From: an uncultured Thermoleophilia bacterium
Lineage (GTDB): Bacteria; Actinomycetota; Thermoleophilia; UBA2241
Assembly: GCA_963717285.1 (NCBI GenBank)
Contig: CAVQVW010000001.1
Span: forward strand, 3,217-67,216
DNA: 64,000 nt
Direction of reading: 5' to 3'
Shown piece by piece: positions 9,887-19,659 of this stretch (position 1 is its first letter; every line of letters starts with the position of its first letter). The notes beneath the pieces are model-generated. The model did not search any database and was not told the DNA's origin. It saw only the letters and a program-made list of their open reading frames with translations. The translations under genes were made by a program, and so were the position numbers.

Positions 9887-9939
9887 GTGTCAAGAGCGAT
9901 GATACGGATGAGGCCGGACGGAAAAGCCGGCGACGAGGA

Positions 9940-11250
9940 CTACGCGCCTGGCTCCACACACACCCGCGCGCCGTCGCGCACGACCAGGCGCCCATCGACC
10001 ACGACGTCACCGACCAGATCGACCCCGAAGTGGTAGGGCAGTTCGTGGCGATTCGGTGAGACGAGCACGCCGAAGTCGCACCTCTTCCCCACCGCGAGCA
10101 CGCCGATGTCGGCGCGCAGCAAAGCCGCGGCCCCTCCGGCAGTCGCGGCGAACAGGGCCTCATCCGGCGTGAGCTTCATCTGCTGGCAGGCGAGGGAGAT
10201 CATGAGCTGCATGTTCTCGCAGTAGCAGCTCCCCGGATTGAAGTCGCTGGCCAGAGCGACCGTGAGCCCGGCATCGAGAAAGGCACGGGCCGGAGCGTAG
10301 GGGCTGCCCAGCGTATAGCTCGTGCCCGGCAGAACGACCGCCGCCACGCCCGCGGCGCGCAGAGCCGCGATGTCCTCCCCGGTGGCGTGGATCAGGTGCT
10401 CAGCTGAGGTGCAGCCAAGCTCCGCGGCCAATTGGGACCCGCCGCTGCGCGCCAGTTCGTCGGCGTGGATGCGCAGGCCGAGGCCGGCGGCCCGGCCGGC
10501 GAGAAGCACGCGCCGGGACTGCTCGACGGTGAAGGCGCCCACGTCGCAGAACACGTCGCACCAGCGCGCCAGCGGCGCGCAGGCCGGGATCATCTCGTTG
10601 CAGACTAGGTCGACGAACTCGTCCTCCCGGCCGGCGTACTCCGGGGGGACGAGGTGCGCCCCGAGGAAGGTGTACTCGCGGCGAAGCGGATGGTCGACGG
10701 CCGCGGCGCGCAGCTGCTTGACCTCGTCGGTCCGGGTGAGGCCGTAGCCGCTCTTCACCTCGGCGGTCGTCGTGCCGTGGCGCAGCATGCTGTCGTAGCG
10801 CTCCGCGCAGAGGCGCGCCAGGTCGCCTTCGGAGGCCTGGCGCGTAGCCGTCACGGTGCGCGCGATGCCGCCGCCGCGGGCGAGCAGTTCGGCGTAGCTC
10901 GCGCCGCTGAGCCGCTCGGCGTACTCGTCGGCGCGCGATCCGGCGAAGGGGGCGTGCGTATGCGCGTCGACGAAGCCGGGGAGCACGCTGCGCCCCTCCG
11001 CGTCCAGCTCGAGGCCGTCGCCGGCGAGCTCGACCGCCTGCGGCAGATCCGCTTCGCGCCCGACCCAGACGATGGCGCCGTCGCGAGCAGCCAAGGCGCC
11101 ATCGGCGATGACGCCCAACCCAGCCGAGGGCGGCTCGCTCATCGTGACCAGCTCTGCGGCGCCGCGCAGCACGAGGTCGGCGGCAACACGTCCAAGGGCA
11201 CCCTGAGCCGGGGTGTCGCTCCGCCCCTCGCCCGAGGACCGCTCCATCAC
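9940..11250 (-). CDS. hutI: Imidazolonepropionase (amidohydrolase family)
   Basis: 'VDAHTHAPF' metal-binding motif, 'ASDFNPGS', about 430 aa. The N-terminus 'LVTM...GVIADGALAARDGAIVWVG' is typical of HutI. It lies immediately downstream of hutH. Confidence 0.85.
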   Translation of the reverse strand: MMERSSGEGRSDTPAQGALGRVAADLVLRGAAELVTMSEPPSAGLGVIADGALAARDGAIVWVGREADLPQAVELAGDGLELDAEGRSVLPGFVDAHTHAPFAGSRADEYAERLSGASYAELLARGGGIARTVTATRQASEGDLARLCAERYDSMLRHGTTTAEVKSGYGLTRTDEVKQLRAAAVDHPLRREYTFLGAHLVPPEYAGREDEFVDLVCNEMIPACAPLARWCDVFCDVGAFTVEQSRRVLLAGRAAGLGLRIHADELARSGGSQLAAELGCTSAEHLIHATGEDIAALRAAGVAAVVLPGTSYTLGSPYAPARAFLDAGLTVALASDFNPGSCYCENMQLMISLACQQMKLTPDEALFAATAGGAAALLRADIGVLAVGKRCDFGVLVSPNRHELPYHFGVDLVGDVVVDGRLVVRDGARVCVEPGA

Positions 11251-11269
11251 GCCACCTCCTGCTCGTCTG

Positions 11270-12796
11270 TCAGTGCTGGGCCCGCACGACGGCGGCGAAC
11301 TCGCCGGCGGCGACGGCCTGCGCCGCGGCCTCGATCTCGGGCGCCAGATAGCGGTCGCGTCCGAGCATCGGGGTCAGACGCCGGACGATCGCGTGGCCGG
11401 CGGCGGTGCCGACCCCGGGCGCCAGCGGCGCCAGAAGGTCGATGGCCTGCGCCGCGCAGAGGGCCTCGATACCCAGCACCGTCTGGCCGTTGCGCAGCAC
11501 ATCCATGAGCTTGAGCGCCGCCGTCATCCCCAGGCTCACGTGGTCCTCCTGGTCGGCCGAGGTCGGGATCGAGTCGACGCTCGCCGGATGGCAGAGGATC
11601 TTGTTCTCCGCGACCAGCGATGCGGCGACGTACTGGCCGATCATGTAGCCGTTGTTGAGCCCGCTGTCGCTGCTCAGGAAGGGCGGCAGCTCCGAAAGGG
11701 TGCTGGTCAGCATGCGAAACACACGACGCTCGCTGATCGAGGCGATCTCCGCGAGGCTCATGGCCGCCAGATCGAGAGCCAGTGCGAGCGGCTCACCGTG
11801 GAAGTTGCCGGCCGAGATGATCTCGCCCGTCTCGGGGAACACGAGCGGGTTGTCGGTGACGGCGTCGACCTCGACGGCGACGACCTCGCGCAACCAGCGC
11901 AGGCCGTCGCGGCAGGCACCGTGCACCTGCGGTATGCAGCGGATGGAGTAGGCATCCTGGACCTTGTCGCAGTTCAAGTGACTCAGCATGATCTCGCTGC
12001 CCTCGGTGGCCCGCCGCACGTGCCGAGCCGAGTGCAGCTGCCCCGGGATGGGTCGCAGCTGCTGGATGCGGTCCTGGAAGGGGCCGACTGAGGCGCGCAG
12101 TCCCTCGAGGCTCATCGCGCCGATCAGATCCGCCGAGTCGAGGAGCGCCTCGCCGTCGACGACGGCGAGGCAGCCGATGGCCGCCATGAACTGGGTGCCG
12201 TTAAGAAGAGAGACGCCTTCCTTGGCCTCGAGAGAAAGCGGCGCGAGCCCTGCGGCCCGCAGAGCCGGCCCCGCCGGCTCGCGTTCCCCGTCCGCGCCCA
12301 GCATCTCGCCCTCGCCCATCATGGCGAGCACGAGATGGGCCGAAGGAGCGAGGTCTCCGGAAGCACCCAGTGAGCCGCGCGACGGCACCCAGGGCACGAG
12401 ATCGGCGTCGATCATCGAGACCATCAGCTCGGCGACCTCGGTGCGCACTCCCGAGTGGCCACGGGCCATCGTGTTCAGGCGAATCGTCATCGCGGCGCGC
12501 ACGACCTCGCGCGACAGCGGCACGCCCACGCCCGCCGCGTGACTGCGCACGAGGTTCTCCTGCAACTCGCGCACCTTCTCGAGCGGGATGCGGGTCGTGG
12601 CCAGCTGACCGAAGCCGGTGGTCACGCCGTACGCGACCTCCTCGCGGCCGAGCACATCGACGATGACATCGCGGGCGCGCGCGAGGCGCTCGCGAGCCGC
12701 GGCGCCGAGCGCCACCTCCGCCCGGCCGCGCGCCACAGCGACCACGTCGCCGATGGTGAGCCCTCTGTCACCGATCACGACTCGCTGCACGGCCAC
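11270..12796 (-). CDS. hutH: Histidine ammonia-lyase
   Basis: MIO-forming 'GSLGASGDLAPSAH' motif, about 508 aa, aromatic amino acid lyase fold signatures throughout. Confidence 0.9.
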   Translation of the reverse strand: MAVQRVVIGDRGLTIGDVVAVARGRAEVALGAAARERLARARDVIVDVLGREEVAYGVTTGFGQLATTRIPLEKVRELQENLVRSHAAGVGVPLSREVVRAAMTIRLNTMARGHSGVRTEVAELMVSMIDADLVPWVPSRGSLGASGDLAPSAHLVLAMMGEGEMLGADGEREPAGPALRAAGLAPLSLEAKEGVSLLNGTQFMAAIGCLAVVDGEALLDSADLIGAMSLEGLRASVGPFQDRIQQLRPIPGQLHSARHVRRATEGSEIMLSHLNCDKVQDAYSIRCIPQVHGACRDGLRWLREVVAVEVDAVTDNPLVFPETGEIISAGNFHGEPLALALDLAAMSLAEIASISERRVFRMLTSTLSELPPFLSSDSGLNNGYMIGQYVAASLVAENKILCHPASVDSIPTSADQEDHVSLGMTAALKLMDVLRNGQTVLGIEALCAAQAIDLLAPLAPGVGTAAGHAIVRRLTPMLGRDRYLAPEIEAAAQAVAAGEFAAVVRAQH

Positions 12797-13011
12797 TCCT
12801 TCGTCGCTGGTGCGGGGCCCGGCGATGTCGGCTCACTCGCGTTCGATTGTAGCTGCCTCGGCGCATCTCCTCCATTTCACCTCAGCGCGGCTGTCTTGCT
12901 GCGCTTCGCCGCAGACGGATGTCCCTCTGTGCAGCCGAGAGCGCTCTTCCGATACCGAAAGCAACGTGAATCAGGGTCGCAGCCGGCGGTCGACGAAAGG
13001 GAGGATGGAAT

Positions 13012-13110
13012 GTGATGCACAAGATGATGTCGAGATACCCGAGGCTCGTGTACTACCTGCTCGCGGTGTCCGCGATCGTCGTGGTCAGTGGCGCCGGGAA
13101 GAAGTGGTGA
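13012..13110 (+). CDS. Small hydrophobic peptide (32 aa) ending in GAGKKW
   Basis: SD AAGGGAGGA lies 6 nt upstream of GTG-ATG. Peptide 'MMHKMMSRYPRLVYYLLAVSAIVVVSGAGKKW'. A paralogous copy follows. Confidence 0.3.
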   Translation: MMHKMMSRYPRLVYYLLAVSAIVVVSGAGKKW

Positions 13111-13183
13111 GCCACCCCAAGTCCCAAGTCCATGCCCGGGCCGCAGCGGCCCGTGGCCTCGTCCCTCACGAAGGAGTCTGAGC

Positions 13184-13333
13184 ATGCTTCGTTTCATCAA
13201 CCGCACCTAGTACCTCTTCGGCCTCACGGTCCTCGGCGCCATGGCGGCAGCCGGCGGCGCCGGCCTCAAGTGGTCGAGGATGGTCGAGGTCGTGGACTGG
13301 GTCGTCTTCACGGTCAACGGACTCAAGTGGTAG
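13184..13333 (+). pseudogene. Paralogous small hydrophobic peptide gene with an in-frame TAG at codon 9, where the paralog has TAC (Tyr)
   Basis: SD AAGGAG lies 7 nt upstream of the ATG. Sequence 'MLRFINRT*YLFGLTVLGAMAAAGGAGLKW SRMVEVVDWVVFTVNGLKW*'. It aligns residue by residue with the 13012 peptide and carries a third partial repeat ending in GLKW. Confidence 0.25.
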
Positions 13334-13726
13334 AGAGTCCTGCCCGAGCCTGATGCATCACCGCCCCCGCCGGCACGGATCGCTATGCCTGGCCCGCTCG
13401 GTCTCGCCGACCGCTGCTCTTCGGAGCGGCGACGGTACGGCCGAGCGGGCCGGAGCCTCCGCTCTGGAGTGGACGGCCCACCACCGCCCTGTCTCGTCAC
13501 GCACCGGGAGATCGCAGATGATCGGTCCGATAGCTCGCGCAAACGACGGCCCCAAGCTGCCGTGAGCCACAGCACCACCCGATGCCTCCTCAAGGCCCAC
13601 GCATGCGCCTGACCCCCCCCCGTCCCTCTCTGTCCACCTCCGGGGGACCTGACGCTGCCGCGCCCGCTCACACGTGCGCGGCCGCGGGCGAGAGTTCGGA
13701 GTGAGTCGCTGCGCGTTCCCCTCTAC

Positions 13727-14507
13727 GTGGGCCTCCTGAGGGTCGTCCTCGCCGGGGTCCTCGTGTTCGTCTGGCCAGTCGACCCGCGGGTGACAGTCCT
13801 CGACTACCTTCTCTTCTTCGCCCTCGCCACCCTGGCGGAGTGCTGGTTCGTCGACACGAGCCGTGACACAGGGATGTCCCTCTCGTTCACCGTCCACTTC
13901 GCAGCCGTCCTGCTCTACGGACCGGCCTTCGCCATCGCCATCGCTATCGTCGGCGTCGGCGTCGGCGACGGCCTCATCAAACATCGTGTCGCTCGGCTAC
14001 ATCCTGGGAGGCCGGCTCCGCAACCTCGAGCGCCTCGACCTGCGCCTGGGGTGGCTGGTCCTGCTCTCACTGGCTCTGCAGTTCTGGGCCTTCTCGCCGT
14101 GGGGAGAGAGCCAAGGGTCCACGGTGGTGGTGACGGCGCACTACGCCTCGTACGCGCTACTCGTCGTCTTCGTGATCGCCAACTACCGGCGCCCGGCGCT
14201 GGTCGTCACCGGCGCTGGCATGTTGCTCAACCTGCTGGCGATCGGCCTGAACGGCGGCTACATGCCGGCCCGGCACGCCGCTCTGGACTTCGCCGGCGTA
14301 GCCTACGCGGGCAACACCGAGAGCAACTCCCAGCTGATCACGGCCAGCACGAAGCTGGCTTTCCTCGGCGACGTGTTCGCGCTTCCCGACTGGGCGCCGC
14401 TGGCCAACGTCTTCAGCATCGGCGACGTGCTCATCGTCGTCGGCGCCACGGTCCTCATCGCGGGCGGCATGCGCGGTCCACACCGACTGATCGCGCAGGT
14501 GGCCTAG
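13727..14507 (+). CDS. Polytopic membrane protein of unknown function with an apparent +1 frameshift near 13975 at an AAA run
   Basis: N-terminus in ORF 13727.. ('LLFFALATLAECWFVDTSRDTGMSLSFTVHFAAVLLYGPAFAIAIAIVG'). The remainder lies in ORF 13863..14507 ('NIVSLGYILGGRLRNLERLDL...FSIGDVLIVVGATVLIAGG'). The N-terminal module resembles the N-terminus of the GGDEF protein at 33282. Confidence 0.45.
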
Positions 14508-14574
14508 CTCCGAGGGGCCGGCCCCCTATAATGGCCTCCACGCGTCCTGTCTCCGTCATGAGGTCACGGCCACT

Positions 14575-16120
14575 GTGTCCACATCAACGTCAACGCTCGC
14601 CGTCGCCAGGCGACGGCGTCGCATCGCGCTCGCCGTGTCTCTCATCCTCCTGGCGTCGCTCGGCCTGCGCCTCTGGGGGCTGGACTTCCCGGCGGAGTAC
14701 ATGTTCGACGAGGTCTACTACGCCAAGGACGCAAAGGCGATCGTCGACGGCCGCGTGGGCACCGACGGACCACTGCGCTGGGCGGCCGGCGACGCCGTCT
14801 CCTGGCCGCACCCCGAACTCGGCAAGCTCGCGATCGCCGCGGGTATCCTCCTGCTCGGCGATAGCGCCATCGGCTGGCGCCTGCCCGCCGTCCTCGCCGG
14901 GATGGTCCTGCTCGCCTGCGTCTATCCCCTTGCGAGGCGGCTCGGCCTCTCGCCCTCGTGGGCGGTCGTCGCCCTGCTCTTCGCCGCCGCCGACCCGCTG
15001 GGGATAACTCAGTCGCGCATCGCGACGCTCGACGTGTTCGTCGCCGCTTGGACGGTGCTCTGCATCCTGCTGGCGCTCAAGTACGTCCAGGACGGACGAA
15101 AGCTGCTCTGGCTCGTCCTCTGCGGCGTCGCCGGCGGGCTGGCGCTGGCCACGAAGTGGTCGGGAGCCCTCGCCCTGCTCGCCGCCGGACTGATCGTGTT
15201 CGGCAGCTGGCTGCAACGGCACGGCGGTGACGTGCCGGAGGTGGAGACCGCCGGCGGCGAGCCCGCTTCCCCGGCCCGACGGCTCCTCACCCCCGTCGTC
15301 GCGGCGCTCCCTGCGATCGCCTTCCTCGTGCTCGTGCCGGCGATCGTCTACGCCGCGAGCTACGCGCAGTACTTCGTCAAGGGTCACACGCTGGCGGACT
15401 GGTGGGAGCTGCACCGGCAGATGTACACGTTCGGCGTCAACCTGCGCGCCGGGCACAGCTACGCCTCGATCGCGCCCTCTTGGATCGTCGACTACCGGCC
15501 CGTCTGGTACTACTTCGATGGGGGGGCCGACTACCGCGGCATCGTCGCCATCGGCAATCCGTTCCTCTGGTGGACGGCGACTCTCGCCTTCGTCGCGGCG
15601 CCCTTGATCGCCCTGCGGCAGCGCACGTCGATGCTCGTCCCGGCCGCGCTCGTCGCGGTGCTCTATCTACCGTGGTTCGCGACCGCGAGGACGGCCTTCC
15701 TCTACTACATGACCCCGGTGGCGCCGTTCATGGCCATCCTCGTGGCGGCGGCACTTGGCGCAGTTCGCCGCACGGCAGGAGCTGCCGCCGCGTCGCTGGC
15801 TGATCCTGGGCGGCGTCGCCGTCGCCACGGCCCTGCTCTGGGAGCCCGTGGGTCGCCTCGCTGAGTGGCTCTTCTGGCAGCTCCCGCAGCGGATCAGCCC
15901 GGCCCTCGCGTGGGCGGTCGTGGGGACGGCCGTGCTGCTCGCGGCGCTGGGCGTGCTCGCCGTCCTCTCGAACCGGCTGCGTCAGACGCGCCCGCTGGTC
16001 GCCGTCGTCGCGGCCGGGCTCATCGTCGGCATCGTCGTCGCGTTCCTGCCCGTCGTCCTGGCGATCCCGATCTCGCAGGAGCACTTCTCCCGCATCACCT
16101 GGTTCCCGAGCTGGATCTAG
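14575..16120 (+). CDS. pmt: Protein O-mannosyltransferase (GT39/PMT family) with an apparent frameshift near 15750
   Basis: 'FDEVYYAKDA' matches the PMT DE motif. The protein is multi-TM throughout. The C-terminal TM segments continue in ORF 15755..16120. Confidence 0.7.
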
Positions 16121-17079
16121 CTGATCACCGCCGCCATGATGCCCTTCTGGGCGTGCAGACGGTTCTCGGCCTGGTCGAAGACGATCGACTGCGGTGAGTA
16201 CAGCACCTCTTCGGTGACCTCCTCGCCCCAGTGCGCCGGCAGGCAGTGCATGACCTTGACCTGCGGCCCGGCGTGCTTCACGAGGTCCATGTTGACCTGG
16301 TAGTCACCCAGCGCCTGAAGGCGCACGTCGTGCTCGGCCTCCTGCCCCATACTCGTGAAGGTGTCTGTGTAGATGATGTCGGCGCCCCTGACGGCCGCGC
16401 GCAGATCGCTCGTCCACTCGATGCTCGCGCCGCTGACCTTGGCGTCCTCCCTGGCGCGCGCCAGGGCCCACTCGGCCGGCTTGTAGTCGGGCGGCGTGCA
16501 GGCGATCACGTTCATGCCGGTCTTGGCGCCGACCTCGAGAAGCGAGTGGACGACGTTGTTGCCGTCGCCGCTGTAGACGAGGGTGCGTCCGCGCAGCGTG
16601 CCGCAGTGCTCGCGGATGGTCATCGCGTCGGCCATGCCCTGGCAGGGGTGATGGTCGTCGGTGAGACCGTTGATGACCGGGATCTGGCCGTACTTCGCGA
16701 GGTCTTCGACATCCTTCTGCGCGAACGTGCGGATCATGATGCAATCGACGTAGCGGCTCATCACGTTGGCCGTGTCCCGGATCGTCTCGCCGACGCGCAG
16801 CTGGATGTCGTTGGCGTTCAGGAACATGGGCTGTGCACCGAGCTGCTCGACGCCGACCTCGAAGCTCATGCGCGTACGCGTCGAGGTCTTCATGAAGATC
16901 AGGGCGACGGCGCGGCCGGGCAGCAGGTGGATCCGCTCACGGCCCTGCTGGGCGGCCTTGATGTCTCGCGCGAGATCGAGCAGCGCCATGATCTCGGCCG
17001 ACGAGAAGTCGTGAATGGTGAGAAAGCTGCGGCCGGTCAGGTCCAGCTCGGTGATGCGGCTGTAGAAACGCTCGGGCAT
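16117..17079 (-). CDS. argF: Ornithine carbamoyltransferase; likely catabolic given its context
   Basis: 'STRTR' carbamoyl-phosphate motif, 'HCLP' ornithine-binding motif, 'DTFTSMG'. About 320 aa. SD AGGGGG. Confidence 0.85.
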   Translation of the reverse strand: MPERFYSRITELDLTGRSFLTIHDFSSAEIMALLDLARDIKAAQQGRERIHLLPGRAVALIFMKTSTRTRMSFEVGVEQLGAQPMFLNANDIQLRVGETIRDTANVMSRYVDCIMIRTFAQKDVEDLAKYGQIPVINGLTDDHHPCQGMADAMTIREHCGTLRGRTLVYSGDGNNVVHSLLEVGAKTGMNVIACTPPDYKPAEWALARAREDAKVSGASIEWTSDLRAAVRGADIIYTDTFTSMGQEAEHDVRLQALGDYQVNMDLVKHAGPQVKVMHCLPAHWGEEVTEEVLYSPQSIVFDQAENRLHAQKGIMAAVIS

Positions 17080-17170
17080 GCGGCCCCCTTGCTCGGGAAA
17101 GAAATTGGGACGAGGACCGGAGCGGCGGCGAGCCGCAGGCGGGCCGCCGCCGGTCGTTCGCGCGATGCTA

Positions 17171-18493
17171 TCAGATGAAGCCGCGGGCGCTGAGGACGTC
17201 CTCGAGGGTCGGGTGGCCGATCTCCTGCAGGTCGTAGCGGACGCGCACCGCCGGCAGGTCGATCGACACGATGCGGCGCAGGTCGATCGGCGTGCCGATG
17301 ACGACCAGATCCGCGCCTGAGCCGTTGATCGTCGACCCGAGGTCGGCGAGCTGCTGCTCCGAGTAGCCCATGGCCGGCAGCAGCACGCCGATGTCGGGGT
17401 ACTTCTCGAACGTCCCTCTGATCTCGCCGACGGCGAAGGGGCGCGGGTCGATCAGCTCGGCGGCGCCGAGCTGCCGGGCGGCCACGGTGCCGGCCCCGTA
17501 CTTCATCTCGCCGTGCGTGAGCGTGGGGCCGTCCTCCACCACGAGCACCCGGCGGCCGCGGATGGCCGGCGGATCGTCGACCGTGACCGGCGAGGCGGCC
17601 ATGACGATCGTGGCGTCCGGATTGACCGAGCGCACGTTGGCGAGCTCGGCCTCGATGTCGGCGCGATCGGCCGTGTCGATCTTGTTGAGCACGACGACGT
17701 CGGCAAGCCGCAGATTGACCTCGCCGGGGTAGTAGCGAAGACCGTCGCCGGGGCGATGCGGGTCGGCGACCGTCACGTACAGGTCGGGGGCGATGAAGCT
17801 GAAGTCGTTGTTGCCGCCGTCCCACAAGATGACGTCGGCCTCCTGTTCCGCCTCCCGCACGATGGCCTCGTAGTCGACCCCGGCGTAGATCACGTTGCCG
17901 GCGGCGATGTGCGGCTCGTACTCCTCCATCTCCTCGATCGTGCAGTCGTACTTCCTGAGGTCGTCGAGGGTCGCGTAGCGCTGCACGCGCTGCTTGACGA
18001 GATCGCCGTAGGGCATCGGGTGGCGGATGCTGACGACCTTGCGGCCCGCCTCGCGCAGCGTCGTCTGGATCTTGCGCGTCGTCTGACTCTTGCCGGCACC
18101 GGTGCGTACGGCCCCGACGGCGATCACCGGCTTGCTGCTCTTGATCATCGTCTTCTTCGGCCCGAGAAGACGGAAGTCGGCGCCCAGCGCGTTGACCTGT
18201 GCCGAGCGGTGCATCACGTAGCTGTAGGGGACGTCGCTGTAGGCGAAGACGACCTGGTCGACGTCGTGGCGCTCGACCAGGTCGCCGAGCTCCGCCTCGT
18301 CGTGGATCGGGATACCGTCCGGGTAGAGACGGCCGGCGAGTTCCGCCGGGTACCTGCGATCGTCGATGTGGGGGATCTGGGTGGCGGTGAAGGCCACGAC
18401 GTCGTACGCCTCGTTGTCGCGGAAGTACATGTTGAAGTTGTGGAAGTCGCGGCCTGCGGCTCCCATGATGAGCACCTTCGTCTTGGCAGCCAT
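17171..18493 (-). CDS. P-loop protein of the COG2403 family (cyclic 2,3-diphosphoglycerate synthetase-like / 'predicted GTPase'); function unknown
   Basis: 'GAVRTGAGKSQTT' Walker A motif, about 440 aa. Family assignment is from memory and moderate. SD GGAGGA 6 nt upstream of the ATG. The stop of orr falls inside this SD (TGA in GGAGGAGTGAGCATG). Confidence 0.5.
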   Translation of the reverse strand: MAAKTKVLIMGAAGRDFHNFNMYFRDNEAYDVVAFTATQIPHIDDRRYPAELAGRLYPDGIPIHDEAELGDLVERHDVDQVVFAYSDVPYSYVMHRSAQVNALGADFRLLGPKKTMIKSSKPVIAVGAVRTGAGKSQTTRKIQTTLREAGRKVVSIRHPMPYGDLVKQRVQRYATLDDLRKYDCTIEEMEEYEPHIAAGNVIYAGVDYEAIVREAEQEADVILWDGGNNDFSFIAPDLYVTVADPHRPGDGLRYYPGEVNLRLADVVVLNKIDTADRADIEAELANVRSVNPDATIVMAASPVTVDDPPAIRGRRVLVVEDGPTLTHGEMKYGAGTVAARQLGAAELIDPRPFAVGEIRGTFEKYPDIGVLLPAMGYSEQQLADLGSTINGSGADLVVIGTPIDLRRIVSIDLPAVRVRYDLQEIGHPTLEDVLSARGFI

Positions 18494-18495
18494 GC

Positions 18496-19632
18496 TCACT
18501 CCTCCGGTTGAGAGTCCGTCGGTCGGGATCCCCGTGGATCCGCCGAGGTGGGCGCCGCGCGCCCGGATGCGATGTGGACCTTGTCGACGTACGATGACGT
18601 GAAGAGCTGCAGCGTGGCAGCGTAGTTGGGGATGAAGGTGACGGTGTCGCCGAGAGCGACACAGGCGTCGAGGTCCTCGACGTCGAGGATGAGGTGGTCG
18701 CTCGAGGCGCCCAGCACCTGGATGCGCGGATCGACGGGACGCAGGCCCTCGGGCGTCACGTCCTGGCGGCCCAGGGCGCAGATCGCGCGTCGACGCTCAC
18801 CCCGGTCCACGAACGTGGAGTGGTGGCCGAACGCGTCCTGGCCGCTGGTGCCGATCGGCAGCGAGGGCTTGCGCTTGCACTCGATGACCGGCGCGGCCAG
18901 CGTGATGGCGTCCAGGTAGAGGCCCATGGCGGGCTGGCGGTGGATCGTCTCGACGCCCAGGAGGATGGTCTCTCCGATGCGCAGCGTATTGACGGCTGCC
19001 GGCATGCGGCCCGAGACGACCATGGCGAGCGAGCTCGAGTTGCCGCCGGAGACGTAGCGCAGACGGCGGCCGGTCTGCCGCTCGGTGTCTGCCGCGAGCT
19101 CGGCCAGACGCCCCAGGTTCTGCTCGTCCGGGATGATCTCGCCGTAGCAGGTCAGATTGACGCCGATGCCGAGCAGTTCGATGTGTTCGAGGCGCTCGGC
19201 GGCGGCGACGAACTCCGGCAGATCAGCCGGCATCAGCCCCTCGCGAAGGTCGCCGAGGTCGACCATCGCAACGATACCGTGCCGGCGCCGCTGCCGGGCC
19301 GCAGCCTGCTCGAGAGCCCTCACGATCTCGATCTCGCTCTGTAGCGAGACGTCCGTGTAGCGGACCGCCTCGTCGGCGAGCGCCGGGACCGGCGCCCGCA
19401 GCAGCCAGATCGGCGCCGTCACGCCGCCGTCGCGCAGGCGTTTGATGTTCTCCAGACGCGACTCCCCGAGGGCGACGGCGCCACCGGCGAGCATCGCGGC
19501 GCCCACCTCCGGGCTGCCCGACGTCGCCTTGACGACGCCGACCACCTCGATTCCTGGCGCCTGGTCGACCACCCTGCGTGTGTTCTCGGTGATCTTCCCG
19601 AGGTCCACCGTCACTGTCGGCTGGGCCAGCAT
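18496..19632 (-). CDS. orr: Ornithine racemase (alanine-racemase-fold PLP enzyme)
   Basis: 'VVGVVKATSG' PLP-Lys region in an alanine racemase-like N-domain, about 380 aa. Genomic context is the ornithine degradation genes. Start is either ATG 19632 (SD AAGGGAG) or GTG 19659. Confidence 0.6.
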   Translation of the reverse strand: MLAQPTVTVDLGKITENTRRVVDQAPGIEVVGVVKATSGSPEVGAAMLAGGAVALGESRLENIKRLRDGGVTAPIWLLRAPVPALADEAVRYTDVSLQSEIEIVRALEQAAARQRRRHGIVAMVDLGDLREGLMPADLPEFVAAAERLEHIELLGIGVNLTCYGEIIPDEQNLGRLAELAADTERQTGRRLRYVSGGNSSSLAMVVSGRMPAAVNTLRIGETILLGVETIHRQPAMGLYLDAITLAAPVIECKRKPSLPIGTSGQDAFGHHSTFVDRGERRRAICALGRQDVTPEGLRPVDPRIQVLGASSDHLILDVEDLDACVALGDTVTFIPNYAATLQLFTSSYVDKVHIASGRAAPTSADPRGSRPTDSQPEE

Positions 19633-19640
19633 GTCTCCCT

Positions 19641-19659
19641 TTGCATAAGAGCTATGCAC
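19641..19659. promoter_or_regulatory. Inverted repeat TTGCATA-AGAGC-TATGCA(C), immediately 5' of the orr start and overlapping its SD
   Basis: Seen directly. It is nearly identical to the site at 35749-35767 upstream of ord, and both are in the same orientation relative to their genes. Confidence 0.45.

Noticed and set aside
8427-10163. 578-aa minus-strand ORF spanning the tRNA cluster and lexA region; similar long Arg/Pro/Ala-rich ORFs at 17037..18662, 23155..25329, 25355..29860 and 28029..30239
   Set aside because: They are low-complexity translations of the GC-rich opposite strand or alternate frame of well-supported genes (lexA, OTC/COG2403, lhr, oraE). They have no motifs and cross tRNA genes.
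17171-18493. COG2403 P-loop protein as the missing carbamate kinase (arcC) of an ADI pathway
   Set aside because: It has no amino-acid-kinase-family motifs. A Walker-A P-loop is not the carbamate kinase fold. It is kept only as an unknown partner of orr.
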